A stretch of 25,424 bases of DNA, taken from a bacterium. Its GTDB lineage: Bacteria > Oederibacteriota > PGYV01 > Palsa-1178. The stretch spans positions 1 through 25,424 of the forward strand of contig JBAXIL010000025.1 in the NCBI GenBank assembly GCA_037138355.1, given 5' to 3'. The translations under genes and the position numbers were made by a program. Below the pieces are notes generated by a model, which was given only the letters and a program-made list of their open reading frames with translations, was not told where the DNA came from and searched no databases. Numbering within the stretch: position 1 is the first letter of the stretch; each line of letters opens with the position of its first letter. Positions 8,676-18,031 of this stretch are shown piece after piece.

Positions 8676-8703
8676 TTGACAAATTTCCTAATCAAAATAT
8701 AAT
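8676..8703 (+). promoter_or_regulatory. Consensus sigma70 promoter for the tRNA
   Basis: TTGACA (8676-8681), 16 nt, TATAAT (8698-8703), 19 nt upstream of the tRNA 5' end. Confidence 0.8.
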
Positions 8704-8722
8704 TGATATCTGTCCACAGCGT

Positions 8723-8799
8723 GGGCCCATAGCTCAGTCGGTTAGAGCAGCAGACTCATAATCTGTTGGCCGAAGGTTCAAGTCCTTCTGGGCCCACCA
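8723..8799 (+). tRNA. tRNA with CAT anticodon, most likely tRNA-Ile2 (lysidine-modified, reads AUA)
   Basis: Acceptor stem GGGCCCA/TGGGCCC, D arm GCTC/GAGC, anticodon arm GCAGA-CTCATAA-TCTGT, T loop GGTTCAAGTCC, discriminator A and encoded CCA. It lacks the initiator features (C1:A72 mismatch, three G-C anticodon-stem pairs). The layout resembles Ile2 tRNAs. Confidence 0.93.
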
Positions 8800-8938
8800 A
8801 ATTACTATATTTAGTCAAACATCACAATAACCCCATATATTTAGCTATTTTTGACTTCAAAAACACTTATATCCACAATTTAAGCTAATTTGATTTATAT
8901 CCATTATTAGTGATTGTTCAATAGTGTCTAAACATCGG

Positions 8939-10015
8939 TTACTTGATTAAAGGATATATTTCCTCAAGTTTTACATTGTTAAGCTTTATAGTATCTAAAA
9001 ATTTTTCAATTTCTGCTTTATCAGTCATAATTTCAGGTCTAAAGTCCTGCAAATATACAGGCTCTATTTTGACTTCTTTAATTTTTTTATTCTCTACTTT
9101 AACTTTTACAAAAGCACTGGACTTGCTTTGATCATCTCTCATATCAAAAATAAAATTTCCAAGCCCATAAAAAATATAATGTCCATTATATTTTTCAATA
9201 TCCTGAAAAATATGTGTGTGAGAACCTATAACCATATCTACACCTAAATTTATTATCCCGTGGCCTAATGTTCTCTGCCTTTTCTGAACTTCTCTTCCTT
9301 CAATTCCCCAATGCATATAAACTATAAGTATGTCAACTTTTGGCCTTGCATTTTTAACATCTCTTTTGATTACTTTATAAGTGCCAGGTATAGTTCCATA
9401 TTTTGTAAAACTTGACGCAGAGTTTTTCCCTGAAACTCTTGAGTAACATAAAAATCCAACTTTGACTCCATTGTAATCAATAATTATTGGTTCATTCGGT
9501 AAACTCAAATCACCTATTTTTATCCCACCATACTTAATACCCTGACGGTCAAGGATTTCCATAGTCTGTATTACTCCATCTTGTCCATAGTCAAGTGCGT
9601 GATTGTTTGCCAAAGATAAAACATTAAATCCTGCAACCTTAAATCCTTTAGCTATACTTTCTTCAGCATAAAGGTATATGGTTTTATTACCGTTCTTTTT
9701 CAATGTGTTTATATTATTTTCATAAATAAATGGTGCCTCAAGATTACAAAAGATTATAGGATATTTTTTTATGCTGTCTGCGATACCCGTAAATGGATAA
9801 TTTACACCACTCTTTTCTATCAAAGGTTCAAGTCTTCTTCCTAACATAACATCTCCAGCTAAAATCATATCCACTGTTCCTAAAGTGCCAGTTGCTTTTA
9901 ATGCTTCATCATTAACTTCTATAGTAGAGCTACCTCTTGTTCCCAGTTTCACTTGGGCAGTAGTACAACCCTGAACAATCAGTATTACTAAACAAAATAT
10001 AGTGATATTTTTCAT
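8939..10015 (-). CDS. CapA/PGA_cap-family metallophosphatase-fold lipoprotein
   Basis: Lipobox-like VQGC, plus GDVMLGR, NLEAP, SLANNHALDYG, HWG.E, GSHTH and YGLGNFIFD motifs. Confidence 0.88.
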   Translation of the reverse strand: MKNITIFCLVILIVQGCTTAQVKLGTRGSSTIEVNDEALKATGTLGTVDMILAGDVMLGRRLEPLIEKSGVNYPFTGIADSIKKYPIIFCNLEAPFIYENNINTLKKNGNKTIYLYAEESIAKGFKVAGFNVLSLANNHALDYGQDGVIQTMEILDRQGIKYGGIKIGDLSLPNEPIIIDYNGVKVGFLCYSRVSGKNSASSFTKYGTIPGTYKVIKRDVKNARPKVDILIVYMHWGIEGREVQKRQRTLGHGIINLGVDMVIGSHTHIFQDIEKYNGHYIFYGLGNFIFDMRDDQSKSSAFVKVKVENKKIKEVKIEPVYLQDFRPEIMTDKAEIEKFLDTIKLNNVKLEEIYPLIK

Positions 10016-12195
10016 TTGCCAAATATATTTTTCATTAGATTTTTTGCTTTATCTTCTAAATATTTTTTACCTTCAGTTTCTACTTTTTTACCTATATTTC
10101 TTTTTATGTTTTCAATCATTCTTGGCTGATTATAATCATAATTTTTATCAGTTAAGGTGCCAGCTACAATAAAATCAAAAGGTAACCAACCATCTTTATT
10201 ATACGCAAAGCTTGCATCTTTTATACTTAATGATCTGGCAACTTGATTTTCTATATCTTTACTAATTTTTGGAGAAAAATCCATATTGACCTTGAAATAC
10301 AAAGCCATATCCATGGTTGCCCATCCTGCAGCATTTATTCGCATATCACCTTCATTTGCTTTTACACCATTATATATCTGCAACCTTCTCACATTTATTT
10401 TTCCTTTTGCCATATCAAAATCAGATAACAAATATTGAAAAGGTATATCCTTTCCCAAGAAGTCAGCACCGAGCTTGTCCGCTAAATCTTTACCTATTTC
10501 CAAAGACGATAGCTTTCCGTCGGTTAATTTTATATTTCCTTTACCATTTATTGTCTGCGGTATATTTTTAAATGTTGCACCATTAAAATTACTTGTCATA
10601 TTCAGATTGCCAAAGACTTTATTTTTCAAACCATCTAACAAATTTGTCTTATCTGTAGCTTTTCTCGGCATAACAGCTATAGAATCATTGATAAACTTTT
10701 GAATTTTCACATTATTCACATTTGTATCAACATTATATGACTGTTTATTTAGGTCTGCCTTCACATTTAGTTTAATGTTTCCTTCGTAAGCATTCATTAG
10801 CGCTTCTAAATCAAACTTTCCTTTAATAAACCTGATATTTGCCGTGGTCTTTCCAAATGTCATTTCCTTATAATAAACTGAACCTGCCTCCATATTTATG
10901 TACATATCCGGTGCTGTTATCTGTTTGTTTTCAGTTTTACCTTCCTGTAATTTGCTCTGCTTTGCTAAGGCTGTTCCAGTTAGCTTTTTTGGAAACATAG
11001 CAAGCATATATTCCAAAGCCAATTTCGGAGAAGTCAAATTCATTGTTATTTTTCCGCCAGTCATTTGATTTATCCTAGTTCCTTTAATTTTCATTTTGAC
11101 TTCATTACCAGTTAACAACATACTAATATCGCCTGTCATATTGTAATCTGTATCTACTTTGAGGCTTCCACCAAAGTTTTCTACTACTTTTTTATCTTTG
11201 TATAACACACTTCCTTTTTCGCATGAGGTGATATTATCAAAGGCAAGTTTATTAGCTATGAAAGAAAAATTAGCGGTATTGTTTATAGTCATTACCGTAT
11301 TTATATCCTGCATTTTTTTCGCAGTCTCAGGTGGCAGAAGTTCCAACATTTGAGCGACAGTGGCATTTGAATCTATTTTACCTTTTATGTTTGAAAAATT
11401 ACTTATATGAATTGTACCACTTGAGTTTATCTTACCTATCAATACTGACTTTAAGCTAATATCAGCTTCTTTTTTTCCTAAATCGGTTTTAACAGATGCT
11501 TTTGCTATGATTGGTATCTTATATTCATTATATAAGATATTACAACTCAACTTCATATCTATTGGTTTTACAACACTCCATACAGCATCATCTACAGAAA
11601 AATCAAAGTCTTGAATTTTGACTGACATTTTTGTTGGTTTTGAATAATCTTCATATATAAAGTTACCATTCTTCACAACCACACCTGTTACTTTTATATT
11701 TTTAATAAATGATTTGTTTTTCTTTATTTCCACACTGCCTTCTTGATTCACTACATTAGCTTTTTTTTCAGCAACTTTATTTGGATTTTTTTTCTGCATA
11801 TTTTCCATGATATCCGAAAAATTAAAAGCCCCATTTTTTTCTTTTATGATTTTTACATAAGGAGAGTTTAGTTCAAACTTGCTTATTATTAGATTACCAC
11901 TAATGATAGCCAATAAGTTATATTGAATTATTATTTCATTATCTTTTACAAAATCACTTTTCTCATTTTTCTTTGATTCTTTTAAAACAAAATTTGTAAG
12001 TTCTATACCTTTAAATATATTATATTGAAGTTTTTCTATAGAGGCCTCTCTACCTGTGATCCTTGTTATTTCTTCAACCAGCATATTTTTTATTTTTTCA
12101 GCAGGTAACCATAAAGGTACAGAAGCTAAAACAGCGGTTATAAGGATTATTATAACCACAATAAAAATTACAACAAATTTGATTATTTTTTTCAT
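10012..12195 (-). CDS. AsmA-family envelope protein
   Basis: N-terminal TM anchor, 'ITGRE..I..L', 'SPYVKIIKEKNGAFNFSDI', beta-rich body, and AsmA-like C-terminal 'LPF...GTL' segment. Overlaps the downstream gene by 4 nt (ATGA). Confidence 0.8.
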   Translation of the reverse strand: MKKIIKFVVIFIVVIIILITAVLASVPLWLPAEKIKNMLVEEITRITGREASIEKLQYNIFKGIELTNFVLKESKKNEKSDFVKDNEIIIQYNLLAIISGNLIISKFELNSPYVKIIKEKNGAFNFSDIMENMQKKNPNKVAEKKANVVNQEGSVEIKKNKSFIKNIKVTGVVVKNGNFIYEDYSKPTKMSVKIQDFDFSVDDAVWSVVKPIDMKLSCNILYNEYKIPIIAKASVKTDLGKKEADISLKSVLIGKINSSGTIHISNFSNIKGKIDSNATVAQMLELLPPETAKKMQDINTVMTINNTANFSFIANKLAFDNITSCEKGSVLYKDKKVVENFGGSLKVDTDYNMTGDISMLLTGNEVKMKIKGTRINQMTGGKITMNLTSPKLALEYMLAMFPKKLTGTALAKQSKLQEGKTENKQITAPDMYINMEAGSVYYKEMTFGKTTANIRFIKGKFDLEALMNAYEGNIKLNVKADLNKQSYNVDTNVNNVKIQKFINDSIAVMPRKATDKTNLLDGLKNKVFGNLNMTSNFNGATFKNIPQTINGKGNIKLTDGKLSSLEIGKDLADKLGADFLGKDIPFQYLLSDFDMAKGKINVRRLQIYNGVKANEGDMRINAAGWATMDMALYFKVNMDFSPKISKDIENQVARSLSIKDASFAYNKDGWLPFDFIVAGTLTDKNYDYNQPRMIENIKRNIGKKVETEGKKYLEDKAKNLMKNIFGK

Positions 12196-12231
12196 AAAAC
12201 ACCCCTTTTATTGATATATTTGTACTCTTAC

Positions 12232-12264
12232 AAAAAATTAAAGCCGCCGTATTACTACGGCGGC
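12232..12264 (-). terminator. Intrinsic terminator downstream of recA
   Basis: Perfect 9-bp stem GCCGCCGTA-TTAC-TACGGCGGC (12243-12264), followed on the minus strand by TTTAATTTTTT. Confidence 0.8.
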
Positions 12265-12312
12265 CATAATAATACATCTCTATTTTACTATAAAACAGGG
12301 GTTTTTTCTATT

Positions 12313-13440
12313 TTATTTTTTTTTGCCATGTTTTTTTGTTTCTTTTACTTCTACAGCAGATGTTTCTTTAGTATCTTTAACTTCTTCATCTTCTTCTGTT
12401 TCTGGCATTTCTCCTGGATCCTCTGGTTCGCCTTCTGGCTTTATGGCGCCCACTTCTTTTGAAAAGTATTTTTCCCTTGTTTTTTTATCTATTTCCGCTA
12501 ATACCTTAGGATTTTCTGTGAGATAAGTGACAGCAGAATCTTTCCCCTGTCCTATTTTTATTCCCTCATAGTTATACCAAGTTCCTGATTTTTCTATTAC
12601 ACCATTATCCACTGCCACATCAATAACAGCTGATTCAGGTACTATTCCTCTTCCAAAAATTATTTCAAAAATAGCTTCCCTAAAAGGTGGTGCAACTTTA
12701 TTTTTTACTATTTTTCCTCTTACCCTGTTGCCTACTACGACTTCTCCTTTTTTAATTGCCTCTACTCTTCTTATATCTATTCTGACTGAAGAATAAAACT
12801 TCAGTGCGCGTCCGCCTGGTGTGACTTCTGGATTTCCAAACATAACTCCGATTTTTTCTCTTATCTGATTAATAAATATTACTATTGTTTTTGATTTGCT
12901 AATTATGGCTGTGAGTTTTCTCATTGCCTGAGACATAAGTCTTGCTTGAAGTCCCATATGTGAATCGCCCATTTCGCCTTCGATTTCTGCCTTAGGAACA
13001 AGTGCCGCAACCGAATCAACAACTATAACATCTACGGCTCCACTTCTAACCAGCGTGTCCACGATATCCAAACCCTGCTCTCCTGTATCTGGCTGAGAAA
13101 TAAGAAGATTGTCAACATCGATACCAACTTTTTTTGCATAATCTACATCCATAGCATTTTCAGCATCCACATAAGCCGCGTTTCCGCCGTTCTGCTGACA
13201 CTTCGCTACTATAGACATAGCAAGAGTTGATTTACCTGAAGATTCTGGCCCGAAGATTTCTATTATTCTACCACGAGGTATTCCGCCGCCAAGTGCAAGG
13301 TCAAGTGAAAGCGCGCCTGTGGTAATTGTTTCCACTCTGGTAGCCTGTGCTTTTCCAAGTTTCATGATTGAACCTTTCCCAAACTGTTTCTCGATTTGCT
13401 GTATTGCAAGTTCCAAAGCCTTTTTCCTGTCTTCACTCAT
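12313..13440 (-). CDS. recA: Recombinase RecA
   Basis: [21 protein letters not shown] Walker [40 protein letters not shown]. Confidence 0.99.
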   Translation of the reverse strand: MSEDRKKALELAIQQIEKQFGKGSIMKLGKAQATRVETITTGALSLDLALGGGIPRGRIIEIFGPESSGKSTLAMSIVAKCQQNGGNAAYVDAENAMDVDYAKKVGIDVDNLLISQPDTGEQGLDIVDTLVRSGAVDVIVVDSVAALVPKAEIEGEMGDSHMGLQARLMSQAMRKLTAIISKSKTIVIFINQIREKIGVMFGNPEVTPGGRALKFYSSVRIDIRRVEAIKKGEVVVGNRVRGKIVKNKVAPPFREAIFEIIFGRGIVPESAVIDVAVDNGVIEKSGTWYNYEGIKIGQGKDSAVTYLTENPKVLAEIDKKTREKYFSKEVGAIKPEGEPEDPGEMPETEEDEEVKDTKETSAVEVKETKKHGKKK

Positions 13441-13472
13441 TTTACTCTCCCTATGTTTTTAAATTTTATTAT

Positions 13473-14093
13473 TTAAGACGGGATAACAGATGTCACTATC
13501 CCCTGTATTATGAAATCTGATGTTACAATGATTGGTCTGTGTTTTACATTTTTTGAATGAGGTTTTAGAAGAATTACACCCTTAGCCCTATGAAACTCTT
13601 TAACCGTAGCTTCATCATTAATAAGGGCTACTACAATATCGCCTTCTTTAGCCGTATTTTGCTGTCTTATCAGTAGTAAATCCCCTTCATTGATTCCCTT
13701 TAAATTCATAGAATCGCCTTTAGCAGCAAGGAAAAAATAGCGATACGGTGCTTTTGCCAGCCTTAAATCCACTGGTATAGTGTCTATAATGTTTTCTTCA
13801 GCAAAAACCGGAGACCCACAAGCCACATCGCCGACCAAAGGTATGTCAATAGTACTAACTCTGCTCTCGTCGCCATCAAAATTATTGATGAGCTGTATAT
13901 TTCCTTTCTTATCCCTCTTTACAGAGCCCTTTTCGATAAGCTGTTCTAAGAGAACCGAAATGGATCTGGGTGACTTATAACCCAAAGCCGCCGTCAAATC
14001 TCTCACAGACGGCGAGTAGCCTTTTGCCATAAGCCAGTTTCTTATCTGTTTTAATGTTTCTGTTTCTCTCGCATTGAGTGTATGTTTTTTCAT
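13473..14093 (-). CDS. lexA: SOS transcriptional repressor LexA
   Basis: N-terminal wHTH (GYSPSVRDL...GYKSP), cleavage loop VACG, catalytic GDSM and ATVK. Lies 32 nt upstream of recA. Confidence 0.95.
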   Translation of the reverse strand: MKKHTLNARETETLKQIRNWLMAKGYSPSVRDLTAALGYKSPRSISVLLEQLIEKGSVKRDKKGNIQLINNFDGDESRVSTIDIPLVGDVACGSPVFAEENIIDTIPVDLRLAKAPYRYFFLAAKGDSMNLKGINEGDLLLIRQQNTAKEGDIVVALINDEATVKEFHRAKGVILLKPHSKNVKHRPIIVTSDFIIQGIVTSVIPS

Positions 14094-14099
14094 AACCTA

Positions 14100-14127
14100 A
14101 TTATACAATATGTATACTATTTGTCAA
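14100..14127 (-). promoter_or_regulatory. Consensus sigma70 promoter of lexA-recA containing the palindrome TATACA-N3-TGTATA (candidate LexA operator)
   Basis: Minus strand TTGACA (14127-14122), 16 nt, TATAAT (14105-14100). Inverted repeat at 14102-14116. Confidence 0.75.
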
Positions 14128-14199
14128 GAAGTATTTTTAATTATTTTTGAAGTAAATAATGTTTGGATTTACTTGCAGCTTAAGTTGCTTTACCTTACT

Positions 14200-15057
14200 T
14201 TATTTTTTCTTTTTTAAAAATAGCTCCACAGCTTTTTTTACCATATCATAAGGAGGTCTTTTTTCTGTCCACAAGAAGAAAGCTTCTATGCCCTGATAGA
14301 TGAGCATATCCAAGCCATTAATAATTTTTGCACCTTTTTCTTCCGCGTTTATTAAGAAAGGTGTTTTGGCAGGATTATAAATCAAATCATAAACAACGAC
14401 ACCTTTTTTTAATTTATCTATTTTGTAAGGCACATCTTTTCCATGCATGCCAACCGAAGTACAATTGATAATAAAATCTGCTGCTGCCATAATCTCATCT
14501 TTTTTTTCTGTTTTGATTATATCGCCTGTCACTACTTTTTTTAAGTTCAATTGTTTTACCAAACCATCTATCATAGGCAAATCTATATTATAAATATATA
14601 ATTCCTTTAGCTTAAAACTTTTCAGTGCGTATCCTATACCATGTGCTGCCCCACCCGCACCTATCATTACCACTTTTTTATTTATCAAGTTTACTTTATT
14701 TTTCTTTAAGGACTCTATGAAACCTATATAGTCAGTGTTGTAACCTATTATTTCACCATTATTATTTACTACTGTATTGACTGCCCCTATGGACTCTGCG
14801 GCTTTGTCTAATTTATCCATAAACTGCATAACAAATTGTTTGTGCGGGATTGTGACATTAATACCTTTTATGCCTGTTTTCCTGAGCTTCCACATAAAAT
14901 CTCTTACCGACTCAGTTTTTATTTCAAAAACCTTATATTCCCAATTCATTTTAAATTTGTTGAAAGAATTATTATGCATAGCCGGCGAAAGTGTATGAGC
15001 TAAAGGAAATCCTATAATTCCTGTTTGCACTTTTTTATTAATTTTCATTTTTTTCAT
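14200..15057 (-). CDS. aroE: Shikimate dehydrogenase
   Basis: HTLSPAMHN, GINVTIPHK, IGAVNT, GYNTDYIG, GAGGAA, YDLIYNP, NGLDMLIYQG. Confidence 0.96.
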   Translation of the reverse strand: MKKMKINKKVQTGIIGFPLAHTLSPAMHNNSFNKFKMNWEYKVFEIKTESVRDFMWKLRKTGIKGINVTIPHKQFVMQFMDKLDKAAESIGAVNTVVNNNGEIIGYNTDYIGFIESLKKNKVNLINKKVVMIGAGGAAHGIGYALKSFKLKELYIYNIDLPMIDGLVKQLNLKKVVTGDIIKTEKKDEIMAAADFIINCTSVGMHGKDVPYKIDKLKKGVVVYDLIYNPAKTPFLINAEEKGAKIINGLDMLIYQGIEAFFLWTEKRPPYDMVKKAVELFLKKKK

Positions 15058-15092
15058 ACAACTCCCTATTTACATTTTTATAATTAATTATA

Positions 15093-16415
15093 TCACTTAC
15101 CAGCAAGTGTCATATCCTTCACGACTAATGTCGGAGAACCAAAATTTAAATAATATTTAAAATCATTTCCTATAGCCGATATGTTTGAAAGAAAGTTTTT
15201 TACATTTCCTGTTATCAGTACTTCTTTTACTGCCTGTTTTTTCTCACCATTTTCAAAAAGCCATCCATTAATACCGAGAGAAAAATTTCCAGAAACTGTG
15301 TCTGTCATATGAAGCCCCATCATAGAGTTCACATATATACCTTTTTCTTTTTTTAAGAGCTCCTGTGTTATTTGTTTTCCTACTTCTATATAAAAATTAG
15401 AACAACCTGCTTCAGGTATATTTTTATATGACTGCCTCAACCCATTTCCTGTACTTTTTATATTGTAGTGAGCCGCACTTAGCTTATCATAAATAAACGA
15501 ATTGAATTTTCCTTCCTTTATCATATGCTTTGCCTGTGCTTTTACCCCTTCACCATCCACAGGAAAGCTGCCTGGACTATTATTTAACAAAGCATTATCC
15601 ATTATGTTTAAAAAAGCAGGTCCTATATGGTCACCTTGTTTAAAACCTGCAAGCAGTGTCTTACCTTTACGCAAATTCGCCGCAGAAAACATAGGTGCAA
15701 TTACCTGCAAAAACTCACAAGCCACATGTGGAGGTATTATTAAATTATATGTTCCTGACTTTACTGTTTCGCCATTTAGCAGGGCTGCCGCACTTTTTCC
15801 GGCATACGCTCCTAATGCCTGTGATTCTATTTTATCCCATATAGTATTGCCTTCCATAGCATCCACCGCTTCATCTAAACCTTTATCAGAAGCAATTGCT
15901 GTTGTAAATGCGTATGAATATGTCTTACCATATATATAGGAAGCACCAGAGGTGTTTAAGTAGTGTATTTGCATTTTTTGATCCACACAGGTAGTATCTC
16001 TGGCATATTTTACTCTCGAATCTGCTGAAATCACAGCTGCTTCTATATCAAGTGCCCTTTTTTTACGCTGATTTATGGTTATCTTGTCAAAATTCAAATC
16101 TGAGATTATAATATCTTCTACTTTATGCTGTGGTTCTGGTTTATATCCAGCAAAGCCTTCTATATATATAGCGGCTACTACCTTATCAATAAGTTTATCT
16201 ACCATATTTGCATCTTTAAGCGTTGTAAATCCAAAACCCATTTTAGAATCTTTAAAAACCCTTATGCCCACACCGAAAGAATCGGCTTCCACTACTTTGT
16301 CTATCGTATTATCATTAGCAGAAATTTCTATTTTTTTATTTTCTTCTATATATATATCAGCCTCAAGCTTATGTTTGGCAATAGCTGATAAAAACTTTTG
16401 TTTTAATTTTTCCAA
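15093..16415 (-). CDS. pmbA: TldD/PmbA-family protein, PmbA (TldE) type
   Basis: GVGIRV, DGEG, STGNG, SGNFSLGING and SPTL motifs. No HExxxH, so the non-catalytic PmbA type. TTG start overlaps the rsmE end. Confidence 0.85.
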   Translation of the reverse strand: MEKLKQKFLSAIAKHKLEADIYIEENKKIEISANDNTIDKVVEADSFGVGIRVFKDSKMGFGFTTLKDANMVDKLIDKVVAAIYIEGFAGYKPEPQHKVEDIIISDLNFDKITINQRKKRALDIEAAVISADSRVKYARDTTCVDQKMQIHYLNTSGASYIYGKTYSYAFTTAIASDKGLDEAVDAMEGNTIWDKIESQALGAYAGKSAAALLNGETVKSGTYNLIIPPHVACEFLQVIAPMFSAANLRKGKTLLAGFKQGDHIGPAFLNIMDNALLNNSPGSFPVDGEGVKAQAKHMIKEGKFNSFIYDKLSAAHYNIKSTGNGLRQSYKNIPEAGCSNFYIEVGKQITQELLKKEKGIYVNSMMGLHMTDTVSGNFSLGINGWLFENGEKKQAVKEVLITGNVKNFLSNISAIGNDFKYYLNFGSPTLVVKDMTLAGK

Positions 16416-17149
16416 GTGCTTTTCCTTAATGCCTGTACTAAAACGGTCCCAGCTGCTATTGATGCTGTTTCCGCGCGTAGTATAGTGTCTCCTATAGAAA
16501 CAGGCATAAAACCTTTTTTTATTATTTCTTCTGCTTCTTTCGCATCAAACCCACCTTCAGGGCCTATAATAAAACACGCATCAGCCCCAGGTGTAAGCTT
16601 TACGGCTTCGTCTATTAAAAAATGTTTATCTTCTTTTTCATATATAAAAAACTTTGTTGTGCCTTCTTCTATATTTATATTTTTCACACCATCCACTACT
16701 GTCATTAATTGTGGAGTGGATAATCTACCGCACTGTTTTACTGCAGCATATATAATGGCTTCCCAGCGTTTTTCTTTTTTACCTTCATCTTTTATTTTTA
16801 TGACTGTTCTATTTGTAATCAGTGGTATTATTCTGTCTATACCAAGCTCCGTTAATTTTTCAAGCGTCATTTCCATTTTATCTTTTTTTATAAGAGCTAC
16901 TATAGCAGTAATTTTTGAAGCTTTTTTTTCTCTCGCCCTTATCATTTCTACGGCCATAACTTCCATAGTTCTTTCATTCAAATCAATCAATTTTATTATG
17001 GCTTTGTGTTCTCCGTGCTCATAGTTGAAAATTACTATTTCATTTCCTTCTTTTAACCGAAGCACTTTTATGGCATGCTCAAAATCATCACCTTGTATGC
17101 TTGCTTTATGGTCTGTTATTTTATTGACAAAAAAACGATGTGCGCTCAT
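16403..17149 (-). CDS. rsmE: 16S rRNA m3U1498 methyltransferase
   Basis: HAIKVLRLK.G, EKLTELGI, KQCGR, IGPEGGF, ILRAETA. Start placed at MSAHRFF (17149); the ORF track starts at 17161. Confidence 0.95.
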   Translation of the reverse strand: MSAHRFFVNKITDHKASIQGDDFEHAIKVLRLKEGNEIVIFNYEHGEHKAIIKLIDLNERTMEVMAVEMIRAREKKASKITAIVALIKKDKMEMTLEKLTELGIDRIIPLITNRTVIKIKDEGKKEKRWEAIIYAAVKQCGRLSTPQLMTVVDGVKNINIEEGTTKFFIYEKEDKHFLIDEAVKLTPGADACFIIGPEGGFDAKEAEEIIKKGFMPVSIGDTILRAETASIAAGTVLVQALRKSTWKN

Positions 17150-17182
17150 TTTTCCTACCATATCTTTTTATATTTTATTTGT

Positions 17183-18031
17183 TTAAGGTCCGAAATATTT
17201 TATTGTATTGCCTACTCCAAATAACACATAATCCCCATATATATCACAAATAGCAGGAGCTATTATCTTTCCAGCACCTTCTCCAAAATTAGCAAATGTT
17301 TTTATGAACACACCAGTATTATAATTATACTGTTGTACGCCTGTCCCTGTTGGCACATAAAGATTATTACCTTTTATTCCAAAACCTTTTATTTCTTCAA
17401 TAAAAGCTATTTCACGCTTATACCCCAAATTCAGGTCGCAAATTGTAATTTTTTTTGTTCCAGAATCAGCAATAGCCACATCATTAGTATCAGAATTATA
17501 TTTAATTTCTGAAATACTAATAAACCCACCTTTTGATAGTGCTGTAATACTATTAGCGGCTATATCAAATACAATAACCGTAGTATCCGTAGCAGCGTAT
17601 AGATATGTAGCTGATACCGCGCATTTTATAAAATTATAAGTAGAAGAATAATCAGGTAGCTGTACTTCGGCCACATTTGAAACATATGAAGCATTATATT
17701 TTATTATTTTATTGTCTGCCGCAAAAATATAAGTTCCATTAGAACAAATTCCTGTAGGTGCTACGAATCTTGGATCTGAGAGAGTGTAATCAAGATTACC
17801 ACTAATATCATATTTGTAAATTTTTTTATTTTGACTGTCCACGCACCATATTATAGTTCCATTAACTTCAAAATCATCAAGCTTTGAAAATTCACCAATA
17901 ACACCGAGATAGTGCATTCCTATGTAATTAGTTCCCGAAGGGTCCGTAGGATTGGTTTTATTCAAAGCCGTACACCCAGAAAATACAACCGCAATAATAA
18001 TAATTAAAAGTGTGTTTTTTATGTTTACCAT
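17183..18031 (-). CDS. Putative lipoprotein with beta-propeller (NHL-like) repeats
   Basis: Lipobox FSGC followed by NPTDP. Repeated blade-like segments (IWCVDSQNKKIYKYD, PTGIC...IFAAD, VAIADSGTKKI). Confidence 0.7.
   Translation of the reverse strand: MVNIKNTLLIIIIAVVFSGCTALNKTNPTDPSGTNYIGMHYLGVIGEFSKLDDFEVNGTIIWCVDSQNKKIYKYDISGNLDYTLSDPRFVAPTGICSNGTYIFAADNKIIKYNASYVSNVAEVQLPDYSSTYNFIKCAVSATYLYAATDTTVIVFDIAANSITALSKGGFISISEIKYNSDTNDVAIADSGTKKITICDLNLGYKREIAFIEEIKGFGIKGNNLYVPTGTGVQQYNYNTGVFIKTFANFGEGAGKIIAPAICDIYGDYVLFGVGNTIKYFGP

Noticed and set aside
8723..8799. Initiator tRNA-fMet assignment
   Set aside because: Position 1:72 is a paired G-C and the anticodon stem lacks three consecutive G-C pairs. 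Elongator Met cannot be fully excluded without tRNAscan-SE isotype models.
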